NCBI GenBank assembly: GCA_001949185.1
Contig: BDGG01000009.1
Location: 1,725,624-1,789,623 of the forward strand
DNA: 64,000 nt
Direction of reading: 5' to 3'
Source: Ramazzottius varieornatus
Taxonomy: Eukaryota > Animalia > Tardigrada
In this document: in pieces, positions 39,001-50,912 of the stretch
Layout of the letters: each line of letters opens with the position of its first letter
Position numbering within the stretch: the stretch's first letter is position 1
Translations under genes and position numbers: made by a program
The notes under the pieces: model-generated
The model's input: the letters and a program-made list of their open reading frames with translations, nothing else
What the model was told of the DNA's origin: nothing
Databases searched by the model: none

Positions 39001-39405
39001 CTGGACATCTGCCTAAGGCGCTTGGATGACTGTGGCCTGGTCGACGCTCGGCAAACCGCTGAGAAGGTGCGTAACTTTGCCACGTCGGCAAATGCCTTGA
39101 AGATGATCATTTTCAGATGAACGAACATCCTCAAAGTGGTGCACGTCTACAGCGAATAACGTTCCTGTTCACCACTTTGCCGACCATCACATTTGACAAG
39201 GAACTTGGGCTTTGGCTTTTTGTAACTTTCTTCTTGATGTGTTTTCCAGCTTCGAAGCCAACGCTTCCAGAGTATCCAGATGCCTGATCAGTACTTGTTT
39301 TACTGTCTTGCCATTGCAGAATATTGTGTTTTACGCAATCTGATTTCTAGCCAAGATGCTCGACTAGACGATTTGTTAGAATGGTTGCAAGATCGGGACC
39401 CTTGA
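36075..39405 (+). CDS. PTPN9: Tyrosine-protein phosphatase non-receptor type 9 (PTP-MEG2; Sec14/CRAL-TRIO + PTP)
   Basis: [86 protein letters not shown]. Catalytic motifs intact. Confidence 0.93.
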
Positions 39406-39673
39406 TAACGTCCATGACGTTGCTTTGCTGGCCCTGGCCATTTTATTTTCATCATCTTGTTTTTTTTCCTATGCTTTTTGCTATCTTTTTTAATGTTATC
39501 CCTTCGTTTTCTGTTGTACAAAATGAACTTTTTATTTTATGTAGAATGAACTGTTTTGATAAATGCCTATCACATGTCCACCACCGTTCAATAATCGAAT
39601 AGGACAGCCAGCAGTCGTGACAGGCATAAAAATGAAAAACTTAACAGACTAAAAATTGAACGTTGCGGGAAGA

Positions 39674-42168
39674 TCAAATCAAATTTTGCTCGTTCTCTAC
39701 ACGAACAGAAGGCATGGCCGGGAATGCTGGAACTTGGTTCCAGTTGAAAGGTCTTTGTAAGAGATCATCACGATCGTCGTCAACGGTCCGTACAGGGAAC
39801 GACAGACCACTGCCATGGCTGAAGTGAAAAAGAAGCGACATTTGTACAGGCAAAACAAAGCCAACGAGCAGTTCGGAAACTCGTATTAGTACCTTCGTGT
39901 AAAAGACTCGTTGACACGACCATTGTGCCCATTTCGGTCAGCTTTAAGCAAGTTGCGAACTGAGGTGGCAGGAAACTCCATTCCGTCTCCCTTACTACAA
40001 GAGCAAATAAGAAGAAACTAAAACGTCAAGCGAGCCAACCGTGAGGACATGGGCAAATGAACTTAAACATGGTCGTTTCCTCAAGTAGCGCAAAGTGTTC
40101 ATTGTTCTTGGCTAAAATGTGCGCCACTTGGGAAAACGATCTTGCTCAATCATGCCCCCGGTGACAGTTCCCGAGTTTCCGAGCTCTTTCTTCACGTTCT
40201 ACACAGTAAAACAACAACCACACAAACAATAAGGAATTATCAAAACGTACCTTGTGAAAATCGGTATGAACCACAGTGCGGGTTTGTCGCCGAATATCTC
40301 TCTGAAATTTTGATATCGTCCCAGATTGAAGCCATTCTTATCCGGACCGCCGGTAAAAACAGGCGGCCTGTGACTTTCTGGAAAGACAAAGCATTAGTCA
40401 GAAGTTGAGAACTGCCGAAAACGATCCGAAAGGAAAGATTGATAAAGGTACGAAGAAGTCAAGAAGAGGATGCTGACCTAATGTTGACTGGTTACTGAAG
40501 ACAAGGTAGCAATGATAGCTTAGAAGTGTCAGCACGCTGACTGCAAACATTGTCGAGACGAAAAAGAGGAATAGAATGTGGAATTTGCCGCCCCCATCAC
40601 CACTCAGCTTGTCCTAAAACAACAAATTCACAGCGCTAGAATGCAGAAGTAACGCGTACACCAAATGAGGGCAGCAAGCAACTTGGAGCCAGTTCTCACC
40701 TGCCAGAACTTGATGAAGTACTGTAGATCAGTCAGACTGATATAAAGGCAGTAGGCCATTGCGTATCCCAAGAATAATATAAAGAACTTGTAGTTGTTGA
40801 AACCTAGAAGAGAAGTACGTAACGACCTCTGTGGTTTTCGAATCTCCAAAAAGGGCGTATTAATTAGGCCGAGACTTACAGACGCAGTTGTTGACCCTGC
40901 AAGGAAAGAAGTCAGCATGGGTCATCATTCGACTAATTACACTCCTTGAATCAAACCTAGCTTACCAAGGGCAGTGATGATCCATTTTCAGGATGCATCT
41001 GCACGATAGGAGGGCCTCGAGTTACTCTCAGCTTGATAGCTACTTCTGGCTAGTGCAGGACTGTATTCCCTCGATGGTTTCGCGAATCACGTCATCCCGC
41101 CAGTAAACCATACCCGCACTGACATCACTGATTGTCTGATTGTCGCCCATCACGGAACCTTGATTGGCGAGTAAACGTTGATTGAAGACGCAGGCATATT
41201 CCATCCCCGCCGGGTAATATTTACGTTGACCGTCACGTGATTCGCGAAAACATCGAGGGAATACAGTACTTGCCTTTCGCAGACGGAACAGTGATGGCAG
41301 CGGTCAGGTTTGATGATCTTACACTTGTCGCAGTATCGCAGATCTGAACAACAAAACTTAACAGTGACATTCGTTTGTACACAACAAAAATGACTTGGAA
41401 AATAGTCGCAACAATGTCATACCTCCGTTGAATCCTCGAGTGGCCACTGGCAAGTCCTTCCCGAACGCATCCAGCAATCTTTTCCCGGACTCATAGTCCT
41501 TGGAGGTGGTTGTAGAATCAAGCTGTGAAACCTGCTGCGGCGACAGCTTAAACTGCGAGAAAAACTCTCGACCTCAGCAAACGTCATACATTTTATATGT
41601 GGGAAGTCGTCAAATGAGTTCCCGCAGATCTGTTTTCCCAAGTGACGCACTTTCTTTGCCAGTCATAACGTAGCAGTGCGCCGCTTGAGATGATAATTCC
41701 GGTGAAATCATTTGCCATGCTTCGCGGAACTGGAGACAAATACTCGTACCTTCAAAGGCACCACATCGGAGTTAGTGAAGATAGTTTGCCAGTACGACCA
41801 TACAAACAGGATGAAGAATATGTGGAAAAAGAACAGGTAGAATCCTGAGAAAGCACAGACAGGAGTCGTAACAGCTTCCGTCTAGCCAAAAAGACACACG
41901 TACCTCTCTCTACACCCGACTTGACCTCCACTGCAAGAATAATGCTTATCCACGATGATCGACGATCAGAGAGGGAAAGAGTGATCAATGACAAGAACGA
42001 CTTACGTATGCATAACTCGACAACATAGGCGTAATAGGACCAGCCTACCACAGCGCTGATGAAAATGACCGGAAACCACTTCGCAACAGCTATGATGCAT
42101 CGCACACACGGATTCTCAAACATTCTGCTCGGTGGTCGCTCAACCACTGAAGCCTCTGCAGATTCCAA
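39674..42168 (-). CDS. DHHC palmitoyltransferase, ZDHHC2/15/20 group
   Basis: [46 protein letters not shown]|[11 protein letters not shown]|VNNCV|[30 protein letters not shown]. Confidence 0.94.
41061..41266. mobile_element. MITE with ~32-bp TIRs in a ZDHHC intron
   Basis: CTGTATTCCCTCGATGGTTTCGCGAATCACGT pairs with ACGTGATTCGCGAAAACATCGAGGGAATACAG. Confidence 0.82.
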
Positions 42169-42687
42169 AGGAGTGCGGATGGGGCAGGAGTCAGGAAATG
42201 TATGCTACTAGTCCGACTACGGATGTGCCCACACGTGGTGAAGTTCTGTCATCCAGAAAGACTCGTCGAAGAGTAGCTCCAGCCTTCAGGCATGTCGCCT
42301 CCGTCCAGTGCCAAGGGCAAACAGCGGGGAAGATCTCCACACCACTCACTCCTCAGGAACGCTAGCACTTCACCACTTTACAACGCCCTTGAGCTATAAA
42401 GAAGAAAAGATGAATCATCCAGAAATTTGATAACGATTGTTTTAGCCCCGACGTTTCCCAGTTCGTTAAAGTTTAAACGTCTAAAAACCGTTTAACCGTT
42501 TCGAGCGAACAGAACGTCTAAGCTTAGTACCGCCTACGTGAGCTTAGGTAGCTTTTGCAGCCTCAAACATGACCTACAGTACTTTCGGTGAATGGTCCTT
42601 ACCAATCAGATGCGAACGGTAACGCCCTTTGTCGCGACACGGCCCTGTATACAGCACAGTACAGCATGCGGTACGGCTTTGTGTTAT

Positions 42688-43521
42688 AGAGATTGCGAGG
42701 ACGGGTCAGGTCTCATAAAAAGCCATTCTCATCTTCCGGTCTCATGTTTCACCGGGTCATGGGCCGGCTCGAACACGCTGAATCGCTCCTATTGGCCGAC
42801 TCGGAATCCGAGACTTGGATTCTGAGACCGTGCCCGACTGGTCTCATGGAAAACTGAAATTTCGATGACACCGATTTCTGGAACTATCCCGTAAATTATC
42901 CCCTCTAACTTTTGCGTATCTCTGCGCGTTTCAGAGCCGCAGGATTATAGACATTAAGTTTCCACTCCCGTTCACTTTGCAACTGTAGCTACGGCCTTGC
43001 TCCGCCGCTTTCGCGACGTGTATCTGCATTTTACTTTCCGGAGCCTCCCTTATTTTCGAAAAATAGCTTAATCGGAGTTACGGTTGGCTAGCATTGGGAA
43101 TCATGGTGGCTGCCCAACTATTCAAAGTTCAAAGTTCAGCTGCTGCGCTTGAGTTACCAGATATTGTCTCGTTGTGCGTCCTTTGACTTTTGCCCTCTTG
43201 TGTCGTTATGCGTGTTGTAGCCTCCTTTTTTGTGCCATGAGGAATGTTAAGACTGGAGGCTCCGAGAGAGTCCAAGATGGTCAAGACATCACCTACAGAT
43301 CCAGTTTTTACTTCCGGTCGGCACGGCAAAGCATTGCGATATGAGAGTGCAAGACGGGAGACCGCGAGACGAAAGTCTTCGCATGCACTGATACCGACGT
43401 CACATTCAACTCATATGAAGCTTGATTAGGGCGGAGTTGATTTGTCTAAATCTGATACTAGAAACTGAGAGTCGCAAGTATGAAGGCAGCTCATGAGACC
43501 AGACCTGTCCTCGCAAACTCC
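42688..43521. mobile_element. Non-autonomous TIR element (~830 bp)
   Basis: GAGATTGCGAGGACGGGTCAGGTCTCAT pairs with ATGAGACCAGACCTGTCCTCGCAAACTC (25/28 matches). Internal GGTCTCA/TGAGACC subrepeats. Confidence 0.65.
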
Positions 43522-43789
43522 ACTTCTATATTGACAAATTCCGGAATTGTCAGAAAGTCATCTGACTCGATTCTCGTTCTTTCACAGCTTCTCGATCGTT
43601 CTCCTGTGTTCATTTCTTCTAGAGTTTCCTTCGAATACCATGAAAAAGTTTCGCAACTCCTGGAAATCTGGAGCAGCTTAACAATCATCAGCAGAAGGAC
43701 CTGGCAGCGTCCCGAAGTCTGCTGGTGAGACCTGTCATATACAGAGCAGTCACAGGATCAATATGGCAAGGTTATGACCTGTGCACTGG

Positions 43790-44604
43790 TAGCGATGTGG
43801 GCATAAGGGTATCCCGACGTAATATAATTTTGATTTAATAAAGCCGAGCTGGCAGAGTTCGAATATAATCTTAATATAATATATCGCGACCTCGAAGCAT
43901 CTAATATGATGGTAGTATATCAGATTGTTTCGTCGGGTGCTTATTACAATGTATTATAATATTTCTGATCCGTGTGTGAGCAGAGCACGGGAACTTTCCT
44001 TAGTCACAACATCTTTGGCGTTACCGAAGCCGGGGAACTTTCCTCCTCACATAGTTTTACCGCTTAACCAAATATTCAGATCCAGCAACAGACAGATCAA
44101 AATTCGACAGCTTCGACAGATTCGACACACAGAGCGTTCGAAAGCGCAAAACAGAGCCTGGAAAAGCAGAATGCATCGCCTTCAACAATGAGTATTGAAG
44201 TATGCAGGTGGATCGCCGGCCTCATGAACCTGCATTATTCAATCAAATGAAGTTAAAAATGAATATATTGTCCTCAACGCTGATCGATATACGGTGATGT
44301 GCAGGCGCATGACGCGTTATGATCCAACCCAACAGCGCACTGCGCAGAGTCGCACGCTTTCGCCTGGCGCAAATCAAGGTTTATTTTGATCAACCGAAGC
44401 CGAAATATGAATAGTTTTAATATGGGGCGCCCTGCGAGTTGCTCTCAATACAATATATTCGGCTCCCGTTTCCATCTAATTTGATACTAATAAATATCCT
44501 GCCTCGTTCGAGGCATCTAATAGACGATGATATAATATACTGGATGCATTTGGCGTCTAATACGTTCTAATTTGATATAATATTCATATATGCCAACATC
44601 ACTA
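43790..44604. mobile_element. hAT-type MITE
   Basis: Termini TAGCGATGTGGGCATA and TATGCCAACATCACTA (hAT-like TAGTGATG). Flanks TGCACTGG and GCCACTGG form a degenerate 8-bp TSD. AT-rich subterminal repeats. Confidence 0.7.
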
Positions 44605-46695
44605 GCCACTGGGTACGTGCCCGCTACAGGGGTAAGATAGCAGTCCAGTTTAGGGTGAAGAACGATATACCGTATATCGAAATTTTTCCTACTGATTGAC
44701 TGATTTATCAAACACTTGATACCGACAAACCTGATACTAAAAACCAAGAATCAGACTTTAATGATCCTCTTGACCTTGGAACGGCTGGGAAATTTCTAAT
44801 CTGAAACCGGAGCGAGCAAAACCTGATAACACACCGTGAGGTGTGTTATTGCACTTTTAGGTCGACGCAACTTCCACTTGTCCAGTCTATGGACAGAACC
44901 TCTTCTATTTTGCGAACAAGAAGCGGCGCACCGGCACAAGCCTTTATAAATGAGACGTATGTTTTGACGATTCTTCTGTCCGCAAAGGCCCTAAAAGCTC
45001 GAACAAGTATTTGAATTGACAGCAGTCCAGTAGCACCCGCTCAGAAGCAGTGTATTTTCGGAAGTTCGTCATGATTTGTCGCGGCTGGATCCTTGACTCG
45101 GCGGACTACCCCAGGATTCTCCATAATTCGAATTCTCCGAATGGTTCGGGAAGTTCCAAAATGAACGCTGAGTGGCTGATGTTGGAAAAACCTGACATTG
45201 CCCTTAAGTGGTTTTTGAGAATTTTCGTATAGTCATGATTGCAACACTAGCCACTCGGCAAGCGAAGCCACCTTAACGCAATAGCACATTGCAAAACCAG
45301 CGGGTGAGTATTGTCGATCTTGATACTTACGGCTAATAAGTCAGCACAACGGTCGTGGCATGTCTTTCGTTATCAATCGCACTTATAATTTTCACATGCC
45401 CACTTAGACATGTGTCCGGTAAGGTGCGTGACGTTTGTCCTTTTGTGGTTTAATGCGGGGCGGCAAACAGGACGGATGCTTTCCTGTGTGGTCACCATAT
45501 GTGCACTAGTGCCGATCTTTTCACCACCCGACTTGTGGGGCCAGCCAGACAGGCCAAAACAGCTGACGCAAGACGCGTCTCAGGCGCCGTACTTTTGTAC
45601 CAGCGCGCTTGTATCACACGATATGCTGTGGCGCAGCATGCGAATCGGTTACGTTGAATTCCGCGTACATGGCGTCACCGTTCTTGCGCCGTATGACCAC
45701 ACATTATCAGGATTAACCATGCCCGATTCGGCTGCGCAACCTCAACGTTGTCGCGCATGGTTACGCTCTGGGCAAATGCATGTGCGTGTCACCCCGTGTA
45801 CCCGTGGTGCATCGGTGCGTTCGGTCTGTCTCCGCCTCCTTCAACTGGCGGTGAGTACACATGGTGGGGACGCGTGGTAAAAAAATGGGTTTCCCCGCCG
45901 AGCGTTTGTGTGACATCAGTCAGACACGACTGTCTGTGTGTGAAGTGGTTCAACCTAGAGCACGGAACCTGGCCGCATGCACTGCTTTGCCCTGCAGCTA
46001 TGCTGCACAGTAGTCATGCTGTGCTGCAGCACAGCCACAGCGCGTGAACTGACGAAATTTGTGCGGCACAGCACAGCATACAGCAGAAAGCCACAGACTA
46101 CCGCGCAGATGCTTTTAACCCGAAGCATCTATCCGAATTATTTTGTGAGATTCTGGAGATTTGCTAGTTTATCGGGGTTACTCTACACGAGTAAAGTGCT
46201 TCGAAGAATATGCACTTTGCAGAGTTGAAACTTGAAATTCAGGTCGCGTACTCGTATCTGTCCAAATCAATCCGACATTATGGATCAACCAAGTGGCTAA
46301 TAATTCGGGAGTGACGTCCGCTTGGTTTTGTAATCCTGTATCGCAATCCCGTGACAGCAATTCGTGCCAGGCGTGAAGACCCGCCCTAAATAGGCACGGC
46401 CTTGAGCCGAACGTGGTCATGTCCATCTGAGGCGGGCCCTCACCCCTGATTCGTACCACTTTTCAAGTTTGTTAATCAGATTCTAATTGATCTTCTGTCA
46501 GCTCTGTTCTTTGACTTCTTTCTATCCAGATCTGCTGTTCTGCGGACTTCCAATTATTTGCAAGATCCAAGAGAATATCCTTCTTGCAGTAAGCGTCCTG
46601 TTGAGATTCACCGTGGGCGGATCTCCATTATGCATCGTCGATCGGGATAGCCTGCACTGAGATTGCATACGTGGCGCGCTTCATCTGCTTCTGCC

Positions 46696-49309
46696 ATGAT
46701 CCATGGTACACGCAACTACAGGTTGCCGAAGTTCTACGTCAAGGTAATCGTAATTACGGCTGTCTTGTTCCTGCTGGTGGTCCTGCAAAGCCTGCTAAAA
46801 GATTCGCAGCCCTTCTCGCGCAACGCGTTCTACCAAGTGAGTCCAGCAGGCATTTCTCTCTACCATTCAAGAGTCTAACTTCTGGATGTGATGTCATTGC
46901 AGCGAAACGGTGAACACATCAGCGAAACCGTCTTCAAAGATGGCGTTCTCGGCAACTTCGAACCGGAAGAGAAGCCGAAGAAGGAAGGGCCGGGCGAATA
47001 CGGTATCGCGGTGCAGTTGGGTCCGGACGAAGTGAAGCAGGGAAGCGACTGCGTCAAAGAATGGGGCTTCAACCAGTGCGCCAGCGAGAAGATCTCGATG
47101 CACAGAGAGATTCCCGACACAAGACCTTTAGAGTAAGCCACAAGTTACTGCCCGTCGGCGACGTGTTAACCTGTCCGGTAAAGATGGTGCATATTGATCT
47201 GCTGGCAGGTGTAAATATTGGCACTACCCGACGGACCTTCCTCTGAAGGCTTCCGTGGTGATTGCCTTCCATAACGAGATGCCGTCCACCTTACTACGCA
47301 CTGTCCACAGTGTCATCGATCGCAGTCCCCAGCATCTGCTTGAGGAGGTCGTGCTGGTCGACGATAATAGCGATCGTGAACAGCTGAAAAAAGAGCTGGA
47401 GACCTACATTGAACAGTTCAAGGGTAAAGTCCGCCTAATTCGCCAAGCGGAGAGAGAAGGTTTGATCCGGACGCGGACCAACGGCGCCAAGGTCAGCCAT
47501 ACCACAGCCTATGGCCATATGCGGTAGCTGACCCGCTGTAATAAAGGGTTGCTTTGTAGAATTCGAAAGGCGATGTTGTGATATTCCTTGATGCTCATTG
47601 CGAAGTGGGATATAACTGGTTGCCACCACTGCTGGCTCCCATAGCCAAAGACAGGTAGCGGAATGCTTGCAGCATTTTTTTTCTGCTGACAAGTTCCACA
47701 GACTGTTCCGTACTATTCGTAGGTCAACTATGACTGTCCCTATCATTGACGGTAAGTTTGGAAGGCTACCCTTCCATATTTCGGTGCTCGTGCTTTTGTC
47801 CAAACGTCAGTATGACATGCATTTCCAATTATTTTCAGGCATTGATGCCGACAACTTCAAGATCGAGCCCGTCTACCAGGGCAAGAAGATGTTTGCGGGT
47901 ATTTTCGAATGGGGCCTCCTGTACAAAGAAACGGAAATTTCCGAAAGAGAGGCCAGTCGACATGAACATTACTCCGAGCCCTACAGGTACGAGAATGGCT
48001 CTTTCAAGAGAAGGAGATTTGAAAGAAAATTGATGGTCCTTTGACTTTAGGTCGCCGACTCATGCCGGTGGCTTATTCGCTATCCACAGAGGCTACTTTG
48101 AAGAGCTGGGCTGGTACGACGAGGGACTGGAAATTTGGGGTGGTGAGCAGTATGAATTGTCTTTCAAAGTGTGGCAGTGCGGTGGTCAGCTGTTGTGGGT
48201 GCCCTGCTCCCATGTCGGCCACATCTACAAGCGCCGCTCGTCAGTCCATCCCGATGTCCTACCCGAGAAGCTGGTCAAGAAGGGCTCCTTGGTCCATCTG
48301 AACCACAGACGAGTGGCAGAAACGTGGATGGACGAGTACAAGGAATACCTGTACATTCGGGTACGTTAGACCGCTCACATGGTTTGTCGTCTTCCCAGTC
48401 CAACATTTCTTACGGCTATACCAGATACATGAGTTGCTTCCTTTAACCGTCTTTAAGAGTATTGTCTAAGGTGGCCAGGCACCTTGTCTGACTTGGCATC
48501 TGATTTCGCAGGAACCTTTGATGAAAGATGTGGACTATGGTGACATCTCCAAGCAGAAAGCTCTTCGAGAAAAACTGAAGTGCAAAAGCTTCAAGTGGTT
48601 CATGGAAAATGTGGGTTACAGCTTCCCATGGTCTCCTGTTGGTTCCTTCTGTGTTGTAATCCATTGCCCTTACAGATCGCATACGATGTTGTAAAGGACT
48701 TCCCGATATTACCTCCCAACAAGCACTTTGGCGAGGTATTTCCCAGCTCAACAAAAAACGCGACTACCGATTGATCGTTTACTCGGTTTCGCAAATGTTT
48801 TTGTCTAGCTTCGAAGTGTGGGAGACGAGCCGACTTGCTTCGATACAGGCGGTGGCTTCCCTGTTAAACTGAAGGTTTCTGGATGTCATGGATGGGGTGG
48901 CAACCAGTTTTTCCGTTTGAACACGGTAAGTCCTTTGCGGTGGTCGGCAGCTTGGTGAAGGGCTGACCAGTTGGTTCCCCTCTTTGCAGAAAGGCCAGCT
49001 TGGTCACGGAGAACGTTGCGTATTTGTCGACCACGAGAACCGTCTAGAAACCAGAGATTGTCCCAAGGGCAGAGTGTAAGTATCTTAGGCTTCTCTGCAA
49101 CACAAACGATACCGAAACTCTGCCCGAAACTTACGAGGATGTTGACTTTCAGTGACGGACCTTGGGACCTTCAAAGTGACCACCTCTTTAAGCACAAGGA
49201 TAAGGGTCTTTGTGCTGAGCGCAATAAGAAAAGTGAGCTATGGTTGAAACCCTGTGATGCTTCAAAGAAGGAACAGCTATGGGAATTCAAAGAAATACAT
49301 CCCAGTTGA
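46696..49309 (+). CDS. Polypeptide N-acetylgalactosaminyltransferase, GALNT7/pgant7-like, copy 2
   Basis: TM anchor; [74 protein letters not shown]; ricin lectin domain. Confidence 0.95.
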
Positions 49310-49737
49310 TCACAGTAACCATCGTACGGGTGAAAGTCGAGCAGCCGCTCTTTCTGTATGGCAGGTGGTGCTGTCACATTCCGCTGCATGATGTGGTGTA
49401 GCTTCACAGTGCCATAGATTTATTTATCAACTTTTTCTGACAGTGCCAGCTTCCAGTTGTACGTATGTTTTCCAGAGATTATCAGACATTAAGACCTGTT
49501 TCACCAGCTTTTTTGTGATGCTATGGTTGAAATGATCCAAAACTTCTACGAAAACCGTCCGTGATTTGTTTTATTCGGATCGCGAGTCTCACTTTAAGGA
49601 TTGTTCTTTTATCCATGCTAGTTGTCCGATGACTCCTCGTTCGATGAAGGAACCTCTGAAAGAACCATGTAAATCCGTACTGTGCTCTGTGCGTCTAAAT
49701 AAAAATAAAATCACTTCCGCCAGCGCAGCCTAATAAG

Positions 49738-50407
49738 TGAGCAGTGGGCAGAGTAGATCAGTAAGGCGTGGTCAGATGACGTCATACGGAGCGCGGCATG
49801 GAACTATGCCAAGCCGCGCGACTCAAAAGTCCACAGTACTTTCACCGCGGGTGCAAGCGCGGAGAAACTAGTTTTTCCCCACATCCATGTGCGGTTTAGC
49901 TGTTTCTCCACGCATGGATGCGCAGATAAACTGACTTTACCCGCGGGTACATGCGCGGAGAAACTGACTTTATCCGTGCGTGGATGCGCGGGGAAATGCT
50001 TTATCCGCGCATCCACCCCCCGATGAAGCCAGTTTCTCCGCGCATGTACCCACGGAGAAACAGTTAAACCGTTTCTCCGGTTAGCGTGGATGCGCGGAAA
50101 AACTAGTTTCTCCGCGCGTACACCCGTGTTGAAACTCTCGTCATAGTCCGCGGGTGGATGCGCGGAAAAAGTATTTCCCCGCGCATGGAGTTTCTACGCG
50201 CATGCACCCGCGGTAAAAGTACTGTGGACTTTTGAATCGCCCGGCTCACCATGTGGAACTAAAGAATATCCGCAGACGACCAATCAATGCACACAGCCTC
50301 TAACTTCGATAATTTTTATTGGCCGATTGAAGGCAGATTTGATTTCGTTCCCGCTCCATACATCTCAAACTAGCCCCGCCTTACCGATCTACTCTGCCCA
50401 CTGCTCA
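49738..50407. mobile_element. Nested MITEs: outer TIR element with an inner repeat-rich element (49806-50252)
   Basis: Outer TGAGCAGTGGGCAGAGTAGATC pairs with GATCTACTCTGCCCACTGCTCA. Inner TIR CGACTCAAAAGTCCACAGTACTTTCACCGCGGGTGCA has a matching arm near 50200-50240, an 8-bp TSD (A/G)TGGAACT, and many GATGCGCGGAGAAACT subrepeats. Confidence 0.8.
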
Positions 50408-50912
50408 AGTTAAGTTATGAGTACTCGTATAGATTATTGTCTTCAAATAAAGATTAGTAACAGTTATCTACGGTCATTGGGGCAAAAATATCGCAAACTC
50501 ATCAGTAAGTTTCCTGGTGCGGCCTGGAACTCTAGGTTGATTGTTGATTTGTTATTGCGGTTGACCAAGCGGCTAGCGCTGATCAGATTAGATCCATTCT
50601 TGTTCTCGTGAGTCTCGTTTGCAAGGTGTAAAGCCACGGGACGGGAGTTTCGATCCACATTCACGTTCTCACAAGTTCTGACTTCCGTCTCACTCTCAGT
50701 CTCAGGTATTACGTTTGCTCAACACTGTGCAAATTTTTACTGTGTGGCAGCTTGCGCACACTGTGCACAGCACAGCATGGCTGCAGATGCTGGCTCATTG
50801 TTCTGCTTGCAGGGACTTTGACTACAGCATCGCGGTCGTGCCATCGTCTAAGTAGCGCGGAGGAGGTAGGAAGAAGCTGCTCGCTCCGTATCTGGCAGGT
50901 CATCTAGAAAAG

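Noticed and set aside
45410-46459. ORFs of 80-156 aa in the intergenic repeat zone
   Set aside because: Low-complexity and repeat-derived composition with no protein motifs.
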